DNA from: Mustelus asterias
Taxonomy: Eukaryota
Length of the DNA: 64,000 nt
Direction of reading: 5' to 3'
Assembly: GCF_964213995.1 (NCBI RefSeq)
Contig: NC_135809.1
Coordinates: 86,552,001-86,616,000, forward strand
The notes beneath the pieces are model-generated. The model was not told the origin of the DNA. It ran no database searches and worked only from the letters and a program-made list of their open reading frames with translations. Of the stretch, positions 51,330 to 63,452 are shown piece after piece; position 1 is the first letter of the stretch; each line of letters begins with the position of its first letter. Made by a program: the position numbers and the translations under genes.

Positions 51330-51745
51330 TTCACCCAGTGCCACAGCCCTGCATTCTCCTTGTAACCCTGCACATTCTTCTTTTTCAGATAATAATCCAA
51401 TTCTTTTTGAATGCCTTGATTAAACCTGCCTCCACCACACTCTTGGGCAGTGTATTCTAGATCCTAACCACCTGATAAATGAAAAGAATTTCCTCATGTC
51501 GCCATTGCTTCCTTAAATCTGTGCCCTCTGGTTCTCAATCCCTCCAGCAATGGGAACACTTTCTTCTTCTTCACTCTGCCCTGATCCCTTGTGATTTTAA
51601 ATACTGGTATCAAATCTCCTTTTAGTCTTCGCCTCCAAGACGAGCAGCCCCAACTTTTCTAATCTATCTACGTAACTGAAGTTCATCATCCCTGGAACCT
51701 TCCTCATGAATCTTTTCTGCACCATCTCTAATGTTTTTTCATCCG
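51330..51745 (-). mobile_element. CR1 3' fragment
   Basis: reverse complement of the FMRKVPGM...LEKLGLL...GDLI...TRGHRF region. Confidence 0.75.
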
Positions 51746-51911
51746 TTGAGAGTTAAGAGGACAGGACCTGGTGGGGAGATGGTTTTCAGCCATCTGGACA
51801 CAGTGTCCAGGCCATCAAAGATGATTTTGCAGTTTTACCTGAATACCCGTGGAGTTGGCTTGAAAAAGAACACGAGTGTTTGTTCAATGGTTCTCCATTG
51901 AATCGAGAGGA

Positions 51912-52087
51912 TCATAGAATCATAGAAACCCTACAGTACAGAAAGAGCCATTCGGCCCATCGAGTCTGCACCGATCACAATCCCACCCAGGCCCTATCCC
52001 CATATCCCTACATTTTGTACCCACTAATCCCTCTAATCTACGCATCCCAGGACACTAAGGGTCAATTTTAGCATGGCCAATCAACCA
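51912..52087 (-). mobile_element. 5'-truncated HE1-like SINE
   Basis: TCATAGAATCATAGAAACCCTACAG...GCATGGCCAATCAACC. Confidence 0.85.
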
Positions 52088-52089
52088 GG

Positions 52090-53260
52090 AATGTGCAATG
52101 CAGCGGAGGCATTGCTGGTAGAATTTCTCTGGCACTCTGATGTGTCGCTGATGCACAGTCCAAGTCTCACTGTAGTAAGGAACATGGTGACGCCGACTGC
52201 ACTAAAAAGTTTGTTGATTTCTTTGTTGTCAAACATTGACTACCTTAATTTGTAGAAGGCTGAACTGGTGCAGCTGGTTGGGTGTTGGATCACTTTGTCA
52301 GTGGTGGTGTTTTGAGAAAGGTGACTGCCAAGATATGACGCATGCTCAACATATTCCAGATTTTTTCCTTTAACATATATGAGAGGTGGAATATTTGGCT
52401 GACCAGGTGTGGGTTGATATGAGTTTTGCTTTGACAATAAAGACAGATTGAGTTTCTTGTATGCAGAATTGAAAAGATTTTGAGTGATTTGCAAATCTGT
52501 TTGAGTGGGCAACCACACTGCAGTCATCCACAAATTGTGGACCATGCATATCTATGTTGGTCAGTTCAGTTTTGGCATGGAGGCATCAAAGTTAAGTTTT
52601 CTTAGACAACAAAGACCATGTTGGAGGTCCGTCCGGAAGGCCTAAAGTCACCCTGTATCTCGGGGAGGATTTCCTTAGCCGCAGGAAGTAGGTGACTCAG
52701 GAGAGTTCATATCAGGATTATTCCTGCTAAGACAGAAGGGAAATAAATCGATAGTTCCCTCCTAAAGAGAGTTACAATTATTGCATTCCTGAAATTAATA
52801 GGGTGTTATTTTCCTTCCCAAATCTGCAGGATTAATCATAGAATCCTTACAGTGCAGAAGGAGGTCATTCAGACCATTGATCCAGTATGGAGTCTTGATG
52901 TAAGCTAAAGCCCATCACCTTTGAAGACCTCGGCTAGAGTACCATCAGGACTGCAGGCTTTGATGCTTTTCAACCGTTTGATTGCTTGTTGCAACTTTCC
53001 CATCGATAGTTGTTCACCCGTGGATTGTACTGCAGTGTACTGGGGAAAAGCCTGAAGAGTATCAACTGCCACTGTGGATTCACAGTTGAGGAGTTGTTTA
53101 AGATGTCCTTTTCAGCATTGGCAGATGGAATTGTCACCTTTTGAAAAGTGGAAAACAATCCTGAGAACAAACTAGATGATGTCCATTTGACCACAGTCGA
53201 TAAAAAATTTGACCAATTTGTTTAGGCCAGAAGTCCTGGGGTTGGTTTTTACACAGGTAA
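52090..53260 (-). mobile_element. RTE-like LINE fragments
   Basis: LEYVEHASYLGSHLSQ...SSAFYKLR and LNLSLLSKQ...QPTP motifs typical of RTE ORF2. Confidence 0.65.
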
Positions 53261-53264
53261 TGCT

Positions 53265-54058
53265 TTGATTTGATTTGATTTATTATTGTCACATGTATTA
53301 ACATAGTGAAAAGTATTATTTCTTGCACGCTATACAGACAAAGCATACCATTCATAGAGAAGGCAACAAGAGAGTGCAGAATGTAGTGTTACAGTCATAG
53401 CTAGGGTGTAGAGAAAGATCAATTTAATGCAAGGTAAGTCCATTCAAAAGTCTGACAGCAGCAGGGAAGAAGCTGTTCTTGAGTCGGTTGTACGTGACCT
53501 CAGACTTTTGTATCTTTTTCCCGACGGAAGAAGGTGGAAGAGAGAATGTCCAGGGTGGAGGGGGTCCTTAATTATGCTGGCTGCTTTGCCGAGGCAGTGA
53601 GAAGTGTAGATAGAGTTAATGGATGGGAGGTTGGATTACGTGATGGATTGGGCTACATTCACGACCTTTTGTAGTTCCTTGCTGTCTTGGGCAGAGCAGG
53701 AGCCATACTAAGCTGTGATACAACCAGAAAGAATGCTTTCTATGGTGCATCTGTAAAAGTTGGTGAGAGTCGTAGCTGACATGCCAAATTTCCTTAGTCT
53801 TCTGAGAAAGTAGAGGCATTGGTGAGCTTTCTTAACTATAGCGTTGGCATGGGGGGACCAGGACAGGTTGTTGGTGATCTGGACACCTAAAAACCTGAAG
53901 CTCTCGACCCTTTCTACTTCGTCCCCATTGGTGTAGGAAGGGCATGTTCCCCTTTACGCTTCCTGAAGTCGATGACAATCTCCTTTATTTTGTTGACATT
54001 GAGGGAGAGATTATTGTTGCCGCACCAGTTCACCAAATTCTCTATCTCATTCCTGTAC
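53265..54058 (-). mobile_element. Rex1/Babar-like LINE 3' part
   Basis: highly similar to 37265-38060; (TCAAA)n tail. Confidence 0.93.
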
Positions 54059-54059
54059 T

Positions 54060-55292
54060 GTGTTTTTGAGGGGTTGACATATATGCTTGATTTGGGCCCA
54101 AGTGAAATCCAAAAATAACAATTGTAATGAAATAAAATAGCCAACACAAAATGATTATCTAATATTTATTTGTTTTATAATGTTGCATATATTTTCCTGT
54201 AGTGAATGCTTTTCTGTCTTCCAACATCTAATTGTTGCACATCTTTTGGATACTGCCCTTGAGTTTATTTATACATAGATGCAAGAGTTAAACAACATTT
54301 GTAAGACAACCAAGAACAACCGCCACACCAATGTTGGTTGATCTCACATCATGGACTGTAGCATTGACAAGGTGGGATTTGAACATTTCCCAGATGAACA
54401 AACCTTTTCATTTGTGTTGTCATCCTGGTTTTAAATTTCAAACTTCTTTGATCCATCTCTTGCATCCTCCTTCATCCATCCAGCCTTTCTCCTGAAGATA
54501 GATGAAAACACCTTTCTAAAAGTTATTTTTGGGGAGAGTTTTTCACTTTAAGATCATCGTTGGTTTTAATTTTGTGTTACTTACTATTCAAGATGGAACC
54601 ACCCTGAACTGCATCTTCCTTTGCAAGGAAGGTCTTTAATCAGTCTTGTTAATGGCCTTGTTCGCTGGCAGATAAGTCCATTGGTGTTTCATCCATATTT
54701 GCAGTGCAGTCCAATTTGTACGGATTCCTCACCCCATTTCTGAGGGCAAATCGGTAGAATTTGATGAGTTAATTGTTGAGTTCAAGTCAGAGGCTGTGAA
54801 ATTTTCATTTCCCGACAAGGGTACTAAGTCATGCTTTTTCATGAATCTTGTGCATCACCTGCCATTGGCCTTGAATTCCAAAATGCCATTTTGCTTCGTT
54901 CCTCTGAGGGCGTAGAGTCAGATGGTCCCACGGGTGATAATGTGACCATTTTGCTGATGCTCATTAGCCCGTTTTTCCACTTTTTCTCCTGCGTAAGTTG
55001 AGCTAAATACTTGTTATTCTTTTTCAAAGGTATTGTGATAGATCATGTGATACACTTTACCATATCGATTGGCTGAAATTGGTGAAGAGAAAATCTAAAG
55101 GTGCCTGCTCGTGCTTTTAAATTAATGAATCATAGTAATTACCCGTAAGTACCTAATACTCACAATGTGTTTTAATCCCGGAAAAACTAGGGTTGACTTT
55201 TATAACGAGGTATATGAAAATTGTTTTTTTAGGCCAAATATCATGAGGTCAACCTTTGTGCGAGATTGACTTTTACATAAGGATATGCAGTA
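54060..55292 (-). mobile_element. pogo/Tc2-like DDD transposon fossil
   Basis: NEHQQNGHIITRG...EFKA (CENP-B-type HTH), ANMDETPM, QEKGWMDE and FIWEMFKSHL; terminal TACTGCATATCC...AAAAGTCAA repeats at 55190-55292. Confidence 0.8.
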
Positions 55293-57059
55293 ATTATTTT
55301 ATCAATGAAAAAATCTAGCTTGTGTGCCAGCATTGTGAAGGATGCTAATGAGCTTAGCAAGTTTCAGGCAATAATTGAACCTCTGAGTTCTGACTTTTAA
55401 ACATGGCCAAGTTTCCTTACTGTTTATGAAATCCCCAGATCTGCCATGGTTCTGCGCCTTTCTGGTCTGTGAAGTTTTCGTGGTCGTCAGTGGAAGGAGT
55501 GGAGAATGGAACTTTCCATTTCAGCCATCCACCGTTGGCACGCACGCTTATGGCCAGGTGTTGCATGCTAAACCTAGAGAAAACTCCCTCTGCTTTGCTC
55601 CAGTCTCCATAGAGAATGCCATTGCTGCACCAGAAGGGCATATTATAACTTCCCATACATGCTATCGCTGGCCAAATTGTGAATTTAGTATCAGACGAGG
55701 GCCAGTTTTGCCCTGTCGGGGTATTTATTAGATCTACACTGAAACGGCCCCATTTCATTTTGCATACAGCTGTCCAACAGGGGAGATTGCTGTTCATTGA
55801 ACCTAGAGTCAAACCCAAATACTGGAGATGAAAATTCAGGAATAGAAATTTGTCTCTGATGGCACAAAATGACTGATATTCAGAGTGGATAGACGCCTGT
55901 TATACACAACGCCTGATGATTCGTTCCATTGCAGTCAATGGAATTGCAATGGACTTAAATATAAGGCGCTGAGCATAACAGGCAGCAAAATTGATAGCAC
56001 CCATTTTGCAACACAGCCTGAGCCAAATTTCTATCCCTCAGTGTATAATGTATGAGCCTACCCTGTCTTCCAGATCATCCTCAAATTCAGTTGCTACCAT
56101 ATACTGTTAGTGCCAGGCATCTATTATATCATACAAAATAAATTGTTTCAGGAGGGAAGAATGGGAGAGTGGGAGAAAGGTCCCTGGGCTATACTTGTTT
56201 TTCTCTAGCTTTGGGAGATGATGTCACAATGAAATCTCTGTCTGTCTACTTTCAGTTGAAACAGCTGTTACTAAGCCAGATGACGTTCCGATGGCTGATA
56301 GAGTCAGCTATACTGACCTAACCACACACAAACAGACACAGACATAGCAACCCAGAAAAGATCATTATGCACCTCCAAATGTGTACAGTACCCTTTATAC
56401 AGACCAGAATAAACAGCAAGGATACCATTGTTACATCTTTCCTTTTAGTAGCCCTGATTATTAATACTTCTATCAATAAATATACAGAAAACAACACATG
56501 CTATTTTCCTTCATTTTGCTAAGATGCGTGTTGATGTTAAAATATCATTGTGATATATGTAAATGCACAGAGTAAGAATGAAGTGGTAATGCAAAAGATA
56601 GTCTTTGAGCCTGAACATCCAGCATAGTGGCTGCAACTCTCTGATCTCACCCATACCTGGGATTCCCTGGTCCCGTTGAAGTGAATGGAGATTTGGCTGA
56701 GTGCCAAATTTTTCATCCTCACTGGCAGCGGTACCGAGACTTATGACACCGGAGAATTCGGACCAATGTCTTAAAGCTGATGCTAAGGGTTGGAAAATCC
56801 AGGCCCCAACCTATTCTGCTGGATTCCTGTTTCTGACTTTTCAGCAACTCGTTTGGACAGTGAAATGAAGCCATGCTCTTAGTAAGCATGGGCCTCATTT
56901 AAATATTAACATTATTTAACACCGCTTCTATCCTAGATTTCGTGACAAGGCTGCTCCCATAGCGTGTACTTTACTCATCTATATTGTACACATGGGAGTT
57001 CTGCTGTGCTCAGGCAGCCATCTTAGAGCGATCTGGCAGCTTTAGTCCCTAGTGAAAGG

Positions 57060-57560
57060 ATTTTATTTTCACTTCTAATTACGATTTGCTCCAGGCACCA
57101 GTTGGTTTTATGAGTCATTATAATTTTTTTCATTCTTGGTGGGGTTTTCTTAAATCTTTCTTCATTGCTGCTGGAATTGTCGTCAAATTCAACAAAACAG
57201 GGAGGAGGGTTCCTTTTGAGGTTACAAATATGCTCGATGACTTCTTGACTGAAGAAGATGAGTTCGTGAAGGGGCAATCAAGGTGAGGTGCAATGATATC
57301 TGAGGCAACTGCCCTAAAAACTGCTCACTGTCCCAGCACTTGCATTTGTCAAGTCTTCCATACCCATCTGGATATGTCAGCAGAGACCTGTCTTGTCTGC
57401 TTCCACTTCATGAAAGTAGTTCCCACAGGATTGTGGCAGAAAAACCAGTCAACACCATCTCGATCAGGGATGCCCCTTCCATGGAAAGAAGAGTTACCTC
57501 AATTTGAAACTTCAATGTCACTCACCTGTTTTTAATCCACCACAAGTGACACCTCCTTAT
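57060..57560 (-). mobile_element. very old Harbinger nuclease-like remnant
   Basis: frameshifted LRKP...YNDS-HKTNWCLEQIVI resembles PLRNP...YNxAHxxTRxxIEQ. Confidence 0.35.
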
Positions 57561-58574
57561 ATGAGACAGTCAATCACCTCACGCCTATATCTAATTAGTG
57601 TTAAATGTTATGTTTTCAAGGAGGTGACATCATCATCATAATTTTCCCTATGGAAGGAATGAATAATTCTAATAGAGCACGCAGCTCTCACTGGGTGACA
57701 GAGTTCACTGAAGAGTAATCAGTTGTCAAAACACTCGTGAGCCTCAAGGTTGTTCATAGCAACCCTTTGGCCTGGATGAACAAAACACATTTTCACTGAA
57801 TTATTGTATTGGTCAACTCTGATTACAGAAAAGTCATTCTGCACACCTATAGCTTTTACTCAAGAAGCAATCTTGATCTGTACTGTGCCTGGAATGTCCG
57901 AAGAAGGAAACTGAATTGATGGCTCTTTGGAGGACAGGATGCTCAGTAGCATCCTTGGTTACTGATGCTACTGAGAAACCTCCTAATAGCAGAATAACTT
58001 TTCAGCTTGGATGCTTCAGTATCTCTTTGCTTTTTCTCAGCTCTCATCACCATCTCCAAGAATGTGTGAAATGTAACTCTGACTCCATGAAAGAGTACAT
58101 GTTAAAGGGCAACAATAGACTACCCAGGGGATACAATAATCCATATTCAGGGTTGTGCCATGGTTGATAGGCTGAACAAGTATTGAGAACAAAATTCCGA
58201 AAGATAGCTTCATGTTCCCCTGGATGGCCGCCTACTGTTTCATCATTTGGAAACCTTTTTGTATGGAGTCTAGATGACTGTGCTCTTAGTTGACAACCTC
58301 CCTCCATGTAGCCTTCACTTGTGCTTTTTGTTGAGGTTGGCATTGAGTTCCAATAAGGGCCAACATTCTTTATTGCATCATCTGTAGGACCTCCAACCAT
58401 TCAACATCGAAGGGAGCCATGCTACTTAGATTTCTCCACAATATTATTAATAATACTCAATTTTTAAAATCACCTCCACCGTTGTTTCTTAGGTAGTGGT
58501 TTTCTATATTTGCTATTCTCGAGCTAAGCATGCCACTGGCCTAGTTCTCTGGACCAACATTTTAAAAGCAATAA

Positions 58575-58770
58575 TGAAAGCAGAAAGTGCTGGAAAAGTT
58601 CAGCAAGTCTGGCAGCATTTGTGGAGAGAGAAACAGTGTTAACATATGACTCTTCAGAGCTAAAGAGAGGAGGAAATCTGATGGATTTCATAAAATCAGA
58701 TGCTGTCAGGCTTGCTGGGTTTTCCCAGCATTTTCTGTTATTTCAGATTTCGAGCATCCGCAGTGTTTCA
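58575..58770. repeat. inverted pair of old Penelope-type 3' ends
   Basis: GCAGAAAGTGCTGGAAAAGTTCAGCAAGTCTGGCAGCATTTG versus CAGATGCTGTCAGGCTTGCTGGGTTTTCCCAGCATTTTCTG. Confidence 0.7.
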
Positions 58771-59949
58771 CCTTTATTTTAAAAACAAGTATTGTATTAA
58801 AGGGTGGGGCTCCAATTGGAAAAATCACTGTGGTCCTCCATTAGAATTGAAGTCTGATGGAGGACCTTGCCGGACTGCATTTTTCTCCTTCTCCAAAAAT
58901 GGGAGTTTAAGAACAGTAATCTTCCAAGATATCAATTGAATGTTGACTATTATCTCAAGTGATTAGATACCCTAAAGTGGGGAAATTATGCTTCAGTTGT
59001 ATAGAGTCTTGGTCAGAAGCCCTCTTGAAAGTTGTGACCAGTTTTAAGACCTAGGTCTCAGTTTCAATCCTTACCCCGAGACTTTCCAGCCCCGCTGCAG
59101 TGAGTTTTCCTGTAGCAGATGAGGCGATCCATTTAATTCCCCGTTAACTTCAGCAGGATTGGAAGATCCCACCAGTTGGAGGTACCAGAAAATTACACGT
59201 AGTCAATGTTGCTTGCCGCCAGGTTTTGGAAGAGATACTACCCATTGGTTTCAGCACCTGTAGGTTAAGAAAGGGAAAATCAGCCAGAGTTCCCACTTTG
59301 GATTGCAATAACTCTTGGCCAGGACACAAACCAAAATTTTCAGCCTGGCCCATTTGACATCCTCCATTATGTCAAGACTATGACTAAGAAAAAAAGAGGA
59401 GGCAAGAGGTGGGCCAAAATCCAGAGCATGGTGGGGGTGGGAGTCTGTACTGGGCTGGCTGTTCTGGATGCACAGGGCTCTGTGTTCGAGTGAGAACCCA
59501 GTTGTGGATTGCCATAGCAACATCTTGGGACCTTATACTCAGTTTAAGAGATTCCATGCTCGGTCTTTTGAACACAGGATTAGTGATATTTAAAATTGTA
59601 AGTGAGGGATGATTTACTGTTGGGAATATGGCTACACTCATCCCCACAATGTTGCATCAAACTGAAACTTGAATGTGTTTATTCCTGGCTGCAGCATTTA
59701 ATTATAAATGCTGAATTTTATTCATACTAATGCACAATCTTCATTTTCAAAAATTAATTGTGGGAGTGGATGTGACACAAGGCTTGACAGTTACCTAATA
59801 TTCTGTCAGGACTAATGCAAGTGTGCGAGGTGAGCATTTGTTCTAGTTAGTCTATAGCTCTTAATGAAAGCCTGTGCCTCTTAAAGGGAGGCTGCACTGA
59901 ATGAAAGGAAGCTGCTGTTGAGTGTCAATGCCTGCAATTGGAGAAAATG

Positions 59950-60175
59950 GAAATGGAACACCAGAGCAGAGCTTGCGCTCCACAGTTCAAAGATGCACAG
60001 CTGGAAGTAAACAAAGAGAAATGCCATGTTTCCACGGGGAGCCAGATGGCCCTCAAGGACCACCTTCCAAAGTGAATCGAAGCAGATGACCAAAGAGAGA
60101 AACTCGCAGAATGAAGCCCTGAGAACCTGGCGTCAATGTTGGAAGATGTTTAATGATCTCACGTAGTCAAGATTA
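59950..60175 (+). mobile_element. Harbinger Myb/SANT-like ORF remnant
   Basis: RTWRQCWKMFNDLT motif. Confidence 0.55.
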
Positions 60176-60345
60176 GTGAATGTATCTAGTGAATTCATTA
60201 GTGAATAGAATATCTCATACCCCCACACCACCAATCTCTCATGCAGCTCAATGAACCATCAGCAATCACTAGCACCGAGGACTCATGCCTAACATTCACG
60301 TACATCATCTCAGGTACAGGTACATCACCCAAACAAAGCGTGTGC

Positions 60346-60453
60346 ATACTTACCTGGCAGGGGTGAAACCATAATCAAGCAGGTGCTGCACCCAGGACCT
60401 GGCAGGGGACAAGGCTAGCCCGTTGCACTTGGGGTGTGCTGACACCTGCGATT
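60346..60453 (+). pseudogene. U1 snRNA-derived segment (3' truncated)
   Basis: ATACTTACCTGGCAGGGG...ACCAT(A)ATCA...CCCAGG...TTGCACT...TGTGCTGAC(A)CCTGCGATT is collinear with roughly the first 100 nt of U1; no Sm site or stem-loop IV. Confidence 0.9.
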
Positions 60454-60536
60454 GTGGTTTGCTGAAGCCAGGGTAAAGTAAAGGATCAGGGTAGCCAATG
60501 AGGTAAGACGGAGGGTTTACCTGATGCAATGTTTTA

Positions 60537-60708
60537 AAGCCACCTTGGCCTTTTGGCTAAGATGAAGCATTAGTTCAAGTTTGGGAGGGGGTGCAATGCC
60601 TCATCTTGTCAGCTGGGATCTTGTTTGATCGAGCCCAAGATAGGATGCAAAGTCTTGTCAGCTTGGATCTTGTTTGTCCCTCGTGGGGACGATGATTGGC
60701 TTTTTTGG
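60537..60708 (+). pseudogene. U2 snRNA-derived segment with internal duplication
   Basis: GGCCTTTTGGCTAAGAT (60547-60563); TCTTGTCAGC(TG/TT)GGATCTTGTTTG twice (60604-60627, 60653-60676); GTCCC...GGGAC stem IIb-like; CTTTTTTGG Sm-like site. Confidence 0.75.
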
Positions 60709-60790
60709 TTATAAATAAAATACCGAGAGGTAAAAATAAAAAATACAGTGCATGCTACACAATCACTGACAATTCTGTCCTCTCTCTCCA

Positions 60791-61433
60791 AGTAAGAAGT
60801 TTAACAACACCAGGTTAAAGTCCAACAGGTTTATTTGGTAGCAAAAGCCACACAAGCTTTCGGAGCTGCAAGCCCCTTCTTCAGGTGAGTGGGAATTCTG
60901 TTCACAAACCGAGCATATAAAGACACAGACTTAATTTACATGAATAATGGTTGGAATGCGAATACTTACAACTAATCAAGTCTTTAAGAAACAAAACAAT
61001 GTGAGTGGAGAGAGCATCAAGACAGGCTAAAAAGATGTGTATTGTCTCCAGACAAGACAGCCAGTGAAACTCTGTGGGGGTTACAAATAGTGTGCCATGA
61101 ACCCAATATCCCGGTTGAGGCCGTCCTCGTGTGTGCGGAACTTGGCTATCAGTTTCTGCTCAGCGACTCTGCGCCGTCGTGTGTCGCGAAGGCCGCCTTG
61201 GAGAACGCTTACCCGAATATCAGAGGCCGAATGCCCGTGACCGCTGAAGTGCTCCCCAACAGGAAGAGAACAGTCTTGCCTGGTGATTGTCGAGCGGTGT
61301 TCATTCATCCGTTGTCGCAGCGTCTGCATAGTTTCCCCAATGTACCATGCCTCGGGACATCCTTTCTTGCAGTGTATCAGGTAGACAACGTTGGCCGAGT
61401 TGCAAGAGTATGTACCGTGTACCTGGTGGATGG
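60791..61433 (-). mobile_element. Penelope-like element, left arm of the inverted pair
   Basis: YSCNSANVVYLIHCKKGCPEAWYIGET...R...E...GLN (GIY-YIG endonuclease), 3' UTR and hammerhead. Confidence 0.95.
60848..60892 (-). ncRNA. minimal type I hammerhead ribozyme
   Basis: CCACTCAC-CTGAAGA-AGGGGC-TTGCA-GCTCC-GAAA-GC-TT-GTGTGG; intact core and palindromic AAGCTT stem III. Confidence 0.75.
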
Positions 61434-61448
61434 GATCCATCCAATGGA

Positions 61449-61772
61449 CCATACAAAGGTCCATTGACCTGGGGCGGGATTTTCCAGACTTGGGGCGAGC
61501 GTGGCCAGAAAATCCCACCCAGAATGTTTTTATTCCAATTGAGTTTCTTGCAACCCAACTCACCCAATCCCTGCCCACCAATCATCCAGCTTTCCAAAAA
61601 ACAATTATTGCAAAAGTATGCTGAGTTGGGTTAAGAAATGATTTTTTTCCACCTAAAACTGTTTATTTAACTCTATATTTACCTGAATAGAGTTAAAGGA
61701 GCCATTCCTCAGTTCGGCAAAAAAATTCTTATTTTGGATACACACACTTAATTATTGTGGAAGTCTGAAGGC
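61449..61772 (-). repeat. 324-bp perfect inverted copy of 63449-63772
   Basis: block-by-block comparison found no mismatch or indel. Confidence 0.97.
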
Positions 61773-61801
61773 ATTTGTATGGTCCATGGTGTTAAATGGA
61801 G

Positions 61802-62479
61802 CCATCCACCAGGTACACGGTACATACTCTTGCAACTCGGCCAACGTTGTCAACCTGATACGCTGCAAGAAAGGATGTCCCGAGGCATGGTACATTGGGG
61901 AAACTATGCAGACGCTGCGACAACGGATGAATGAACACCGCTCGACAATCACCAGGCAAGACTGTTCTCTTCCTGTTGGGGAGCACTTCAGCGGTCACGG
62001 GCATTCGGCCTCTGATATTCGGGTTAGCGTTCTCCAAGGCGGCCTTCGCGACACATGACGGCGCAGAGTCGCTGAGCAGAAATTGATAGCCAAGTTCCGC
62101 ACACACGAGGACGGCCTCAACCGGGATATTGGGTTCATGGCACACTATTTGTAACCCCCACAGTTTCACTGGCTGTCTTGTCTGGAGACAATACACATCT
62201 TTTTAGCCTGTCTTGATGCTCTCTCCACTCGCATTGTTTTGTTTCTTAAAGACTTGATTAGTTGTAAGTATTCGCATTCCAACCATTATTCATGTAAATT
62301 GAGTTTGTGTCTTTATATGCTCTGTTTGTGAACAGAATCCCCACTCACCTGAAGAAGGGGCTTGCAGCTCCGAAAGCTTGTGTGGCTTTTGCTACCAAAT
62401 AAACCTGTTGGACTTTAACCTGGTGGTGTTAAACTTCTTACTGTGTTTACCCCAGTCCAATGCCGGCATCTCCACATCA
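61802..62479 (+). mobile_element. Penelope-like element, right arm (with ~37-nt tail extension)
   Basis: ~98% identical to the left arm; CGA>TGA stop near 62056; 14-bp TSD CCTCTCTCTCCAAG around the whole pair. Confidence 0.95.
62341..62385 (+). ncRNA. minimal type I hammerhead ribozyme
   Basis: same sequence as 60848-60892 on the opposite strand. Confidence 0.75.
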
Positions 62480-63229
62480 GGCCTCTCTCTCCAAGACATA
62501 GCAAAAACAAATATAAGAGAACAGCAGAGACAGCAAGGAGCCAGACACCTCTTCACTCCCTGATCCAGATAGAAGAAGTGGGGCTCCACCATGTGGGATA
62601 GGCTGTGATAGAGCCCTTAGCTGAGGCCAATCAAGGTGCCTTATGCTTTTTCTCAACTCCCACCTCACCCTTTATCCTATTATGAAATGCAATCTACAGC
62701 TGGTGGCATTTCTCTTCCCCACTCCAACTCCCCCCAATCTTCCCCTTCTGATTTTTTTGCCTTCACATACCCAAAAATTGTTGCCAGGCCTGCCACAGTA
62801 GCCTCAGGACGGAGAGAGAGCTGCACCAGATCTCTGAGAAAAAAACATCACATGGTCTGATACTTCGAGTCAGCAGCTTGGATTCAAGCACTTTGCCGAC
62901 TTTAAATGCTGGTGTAGAATTGGGATCTGCTGACTCTATGTTTGGCTATGATATGTCCTCTAAATAACCTGTCAATATTCACAGCCCAACTCATGCATGA
63001 AGAATGATAGAAAATCAGAATGGAAGTGCAGAAGATTGGGGAAGAAACAATGTTTGTAGATAACTAGAAGCACTTTATATTGCCATTACTAACATTAAAT
63101 CCATTTACTTCTCTTCCCAACTGCATTTTGTTAGTGAAAATTTAAGTTACTAATAAAGAGGATGTTATAGGGAGTTTGAGTTGCTCTGGCAACATGCAAT
63201 TTTTACATGTATGATGAAGTCTAGAGTTA

Positions 63230-63452
63230 TGGATAGTAATTGCATAGACTCCAATGTTATTTCCATCACATGGCTGACCAGAAATATCTCCCACTCTTAC
63301 CATCTGCTGTTGGTGTGTGTTGAAAGGATTTGCAGATTAATACTCAACTTATTTGGTCACATTATGAACACACCATCCATAGCCATCAGGTCCTCGGGTG
63401 GACTGAACTCAGAGCTTCTAGCTCAAAGGTAGAGACACTACCCATTGCGCCT
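63230..63452 (-). mobile_element. old tRNA-headed SINE
   Basis: minus strand GGCGCAATGGGTAG...GAGTTCAGTCC resembles pol III A/B boxes. Confidence 0.5.

Noticed and set aside
60346-60708. Functional U1 or U2 snRNA genes
   Set aside because: U1 lacks the Sm site and stem-loop IV; the U2 branch-point region is altered and its 3' half is missing; both carry internal duplications
61081-61581. 166-aa GIY-YIG fusion protein
   Set aside because: The N-terminal part is read through the templated insert by chance; no sign of a real start
61444-61801. The insert as a DNA transposon (14-bp TIRs plus 7-bp TSD)
   Set aside because: The right inverted repeat is 14 nt inside the end, and the body is a copy of local DNA ending mid-MITE; templated repair fits better
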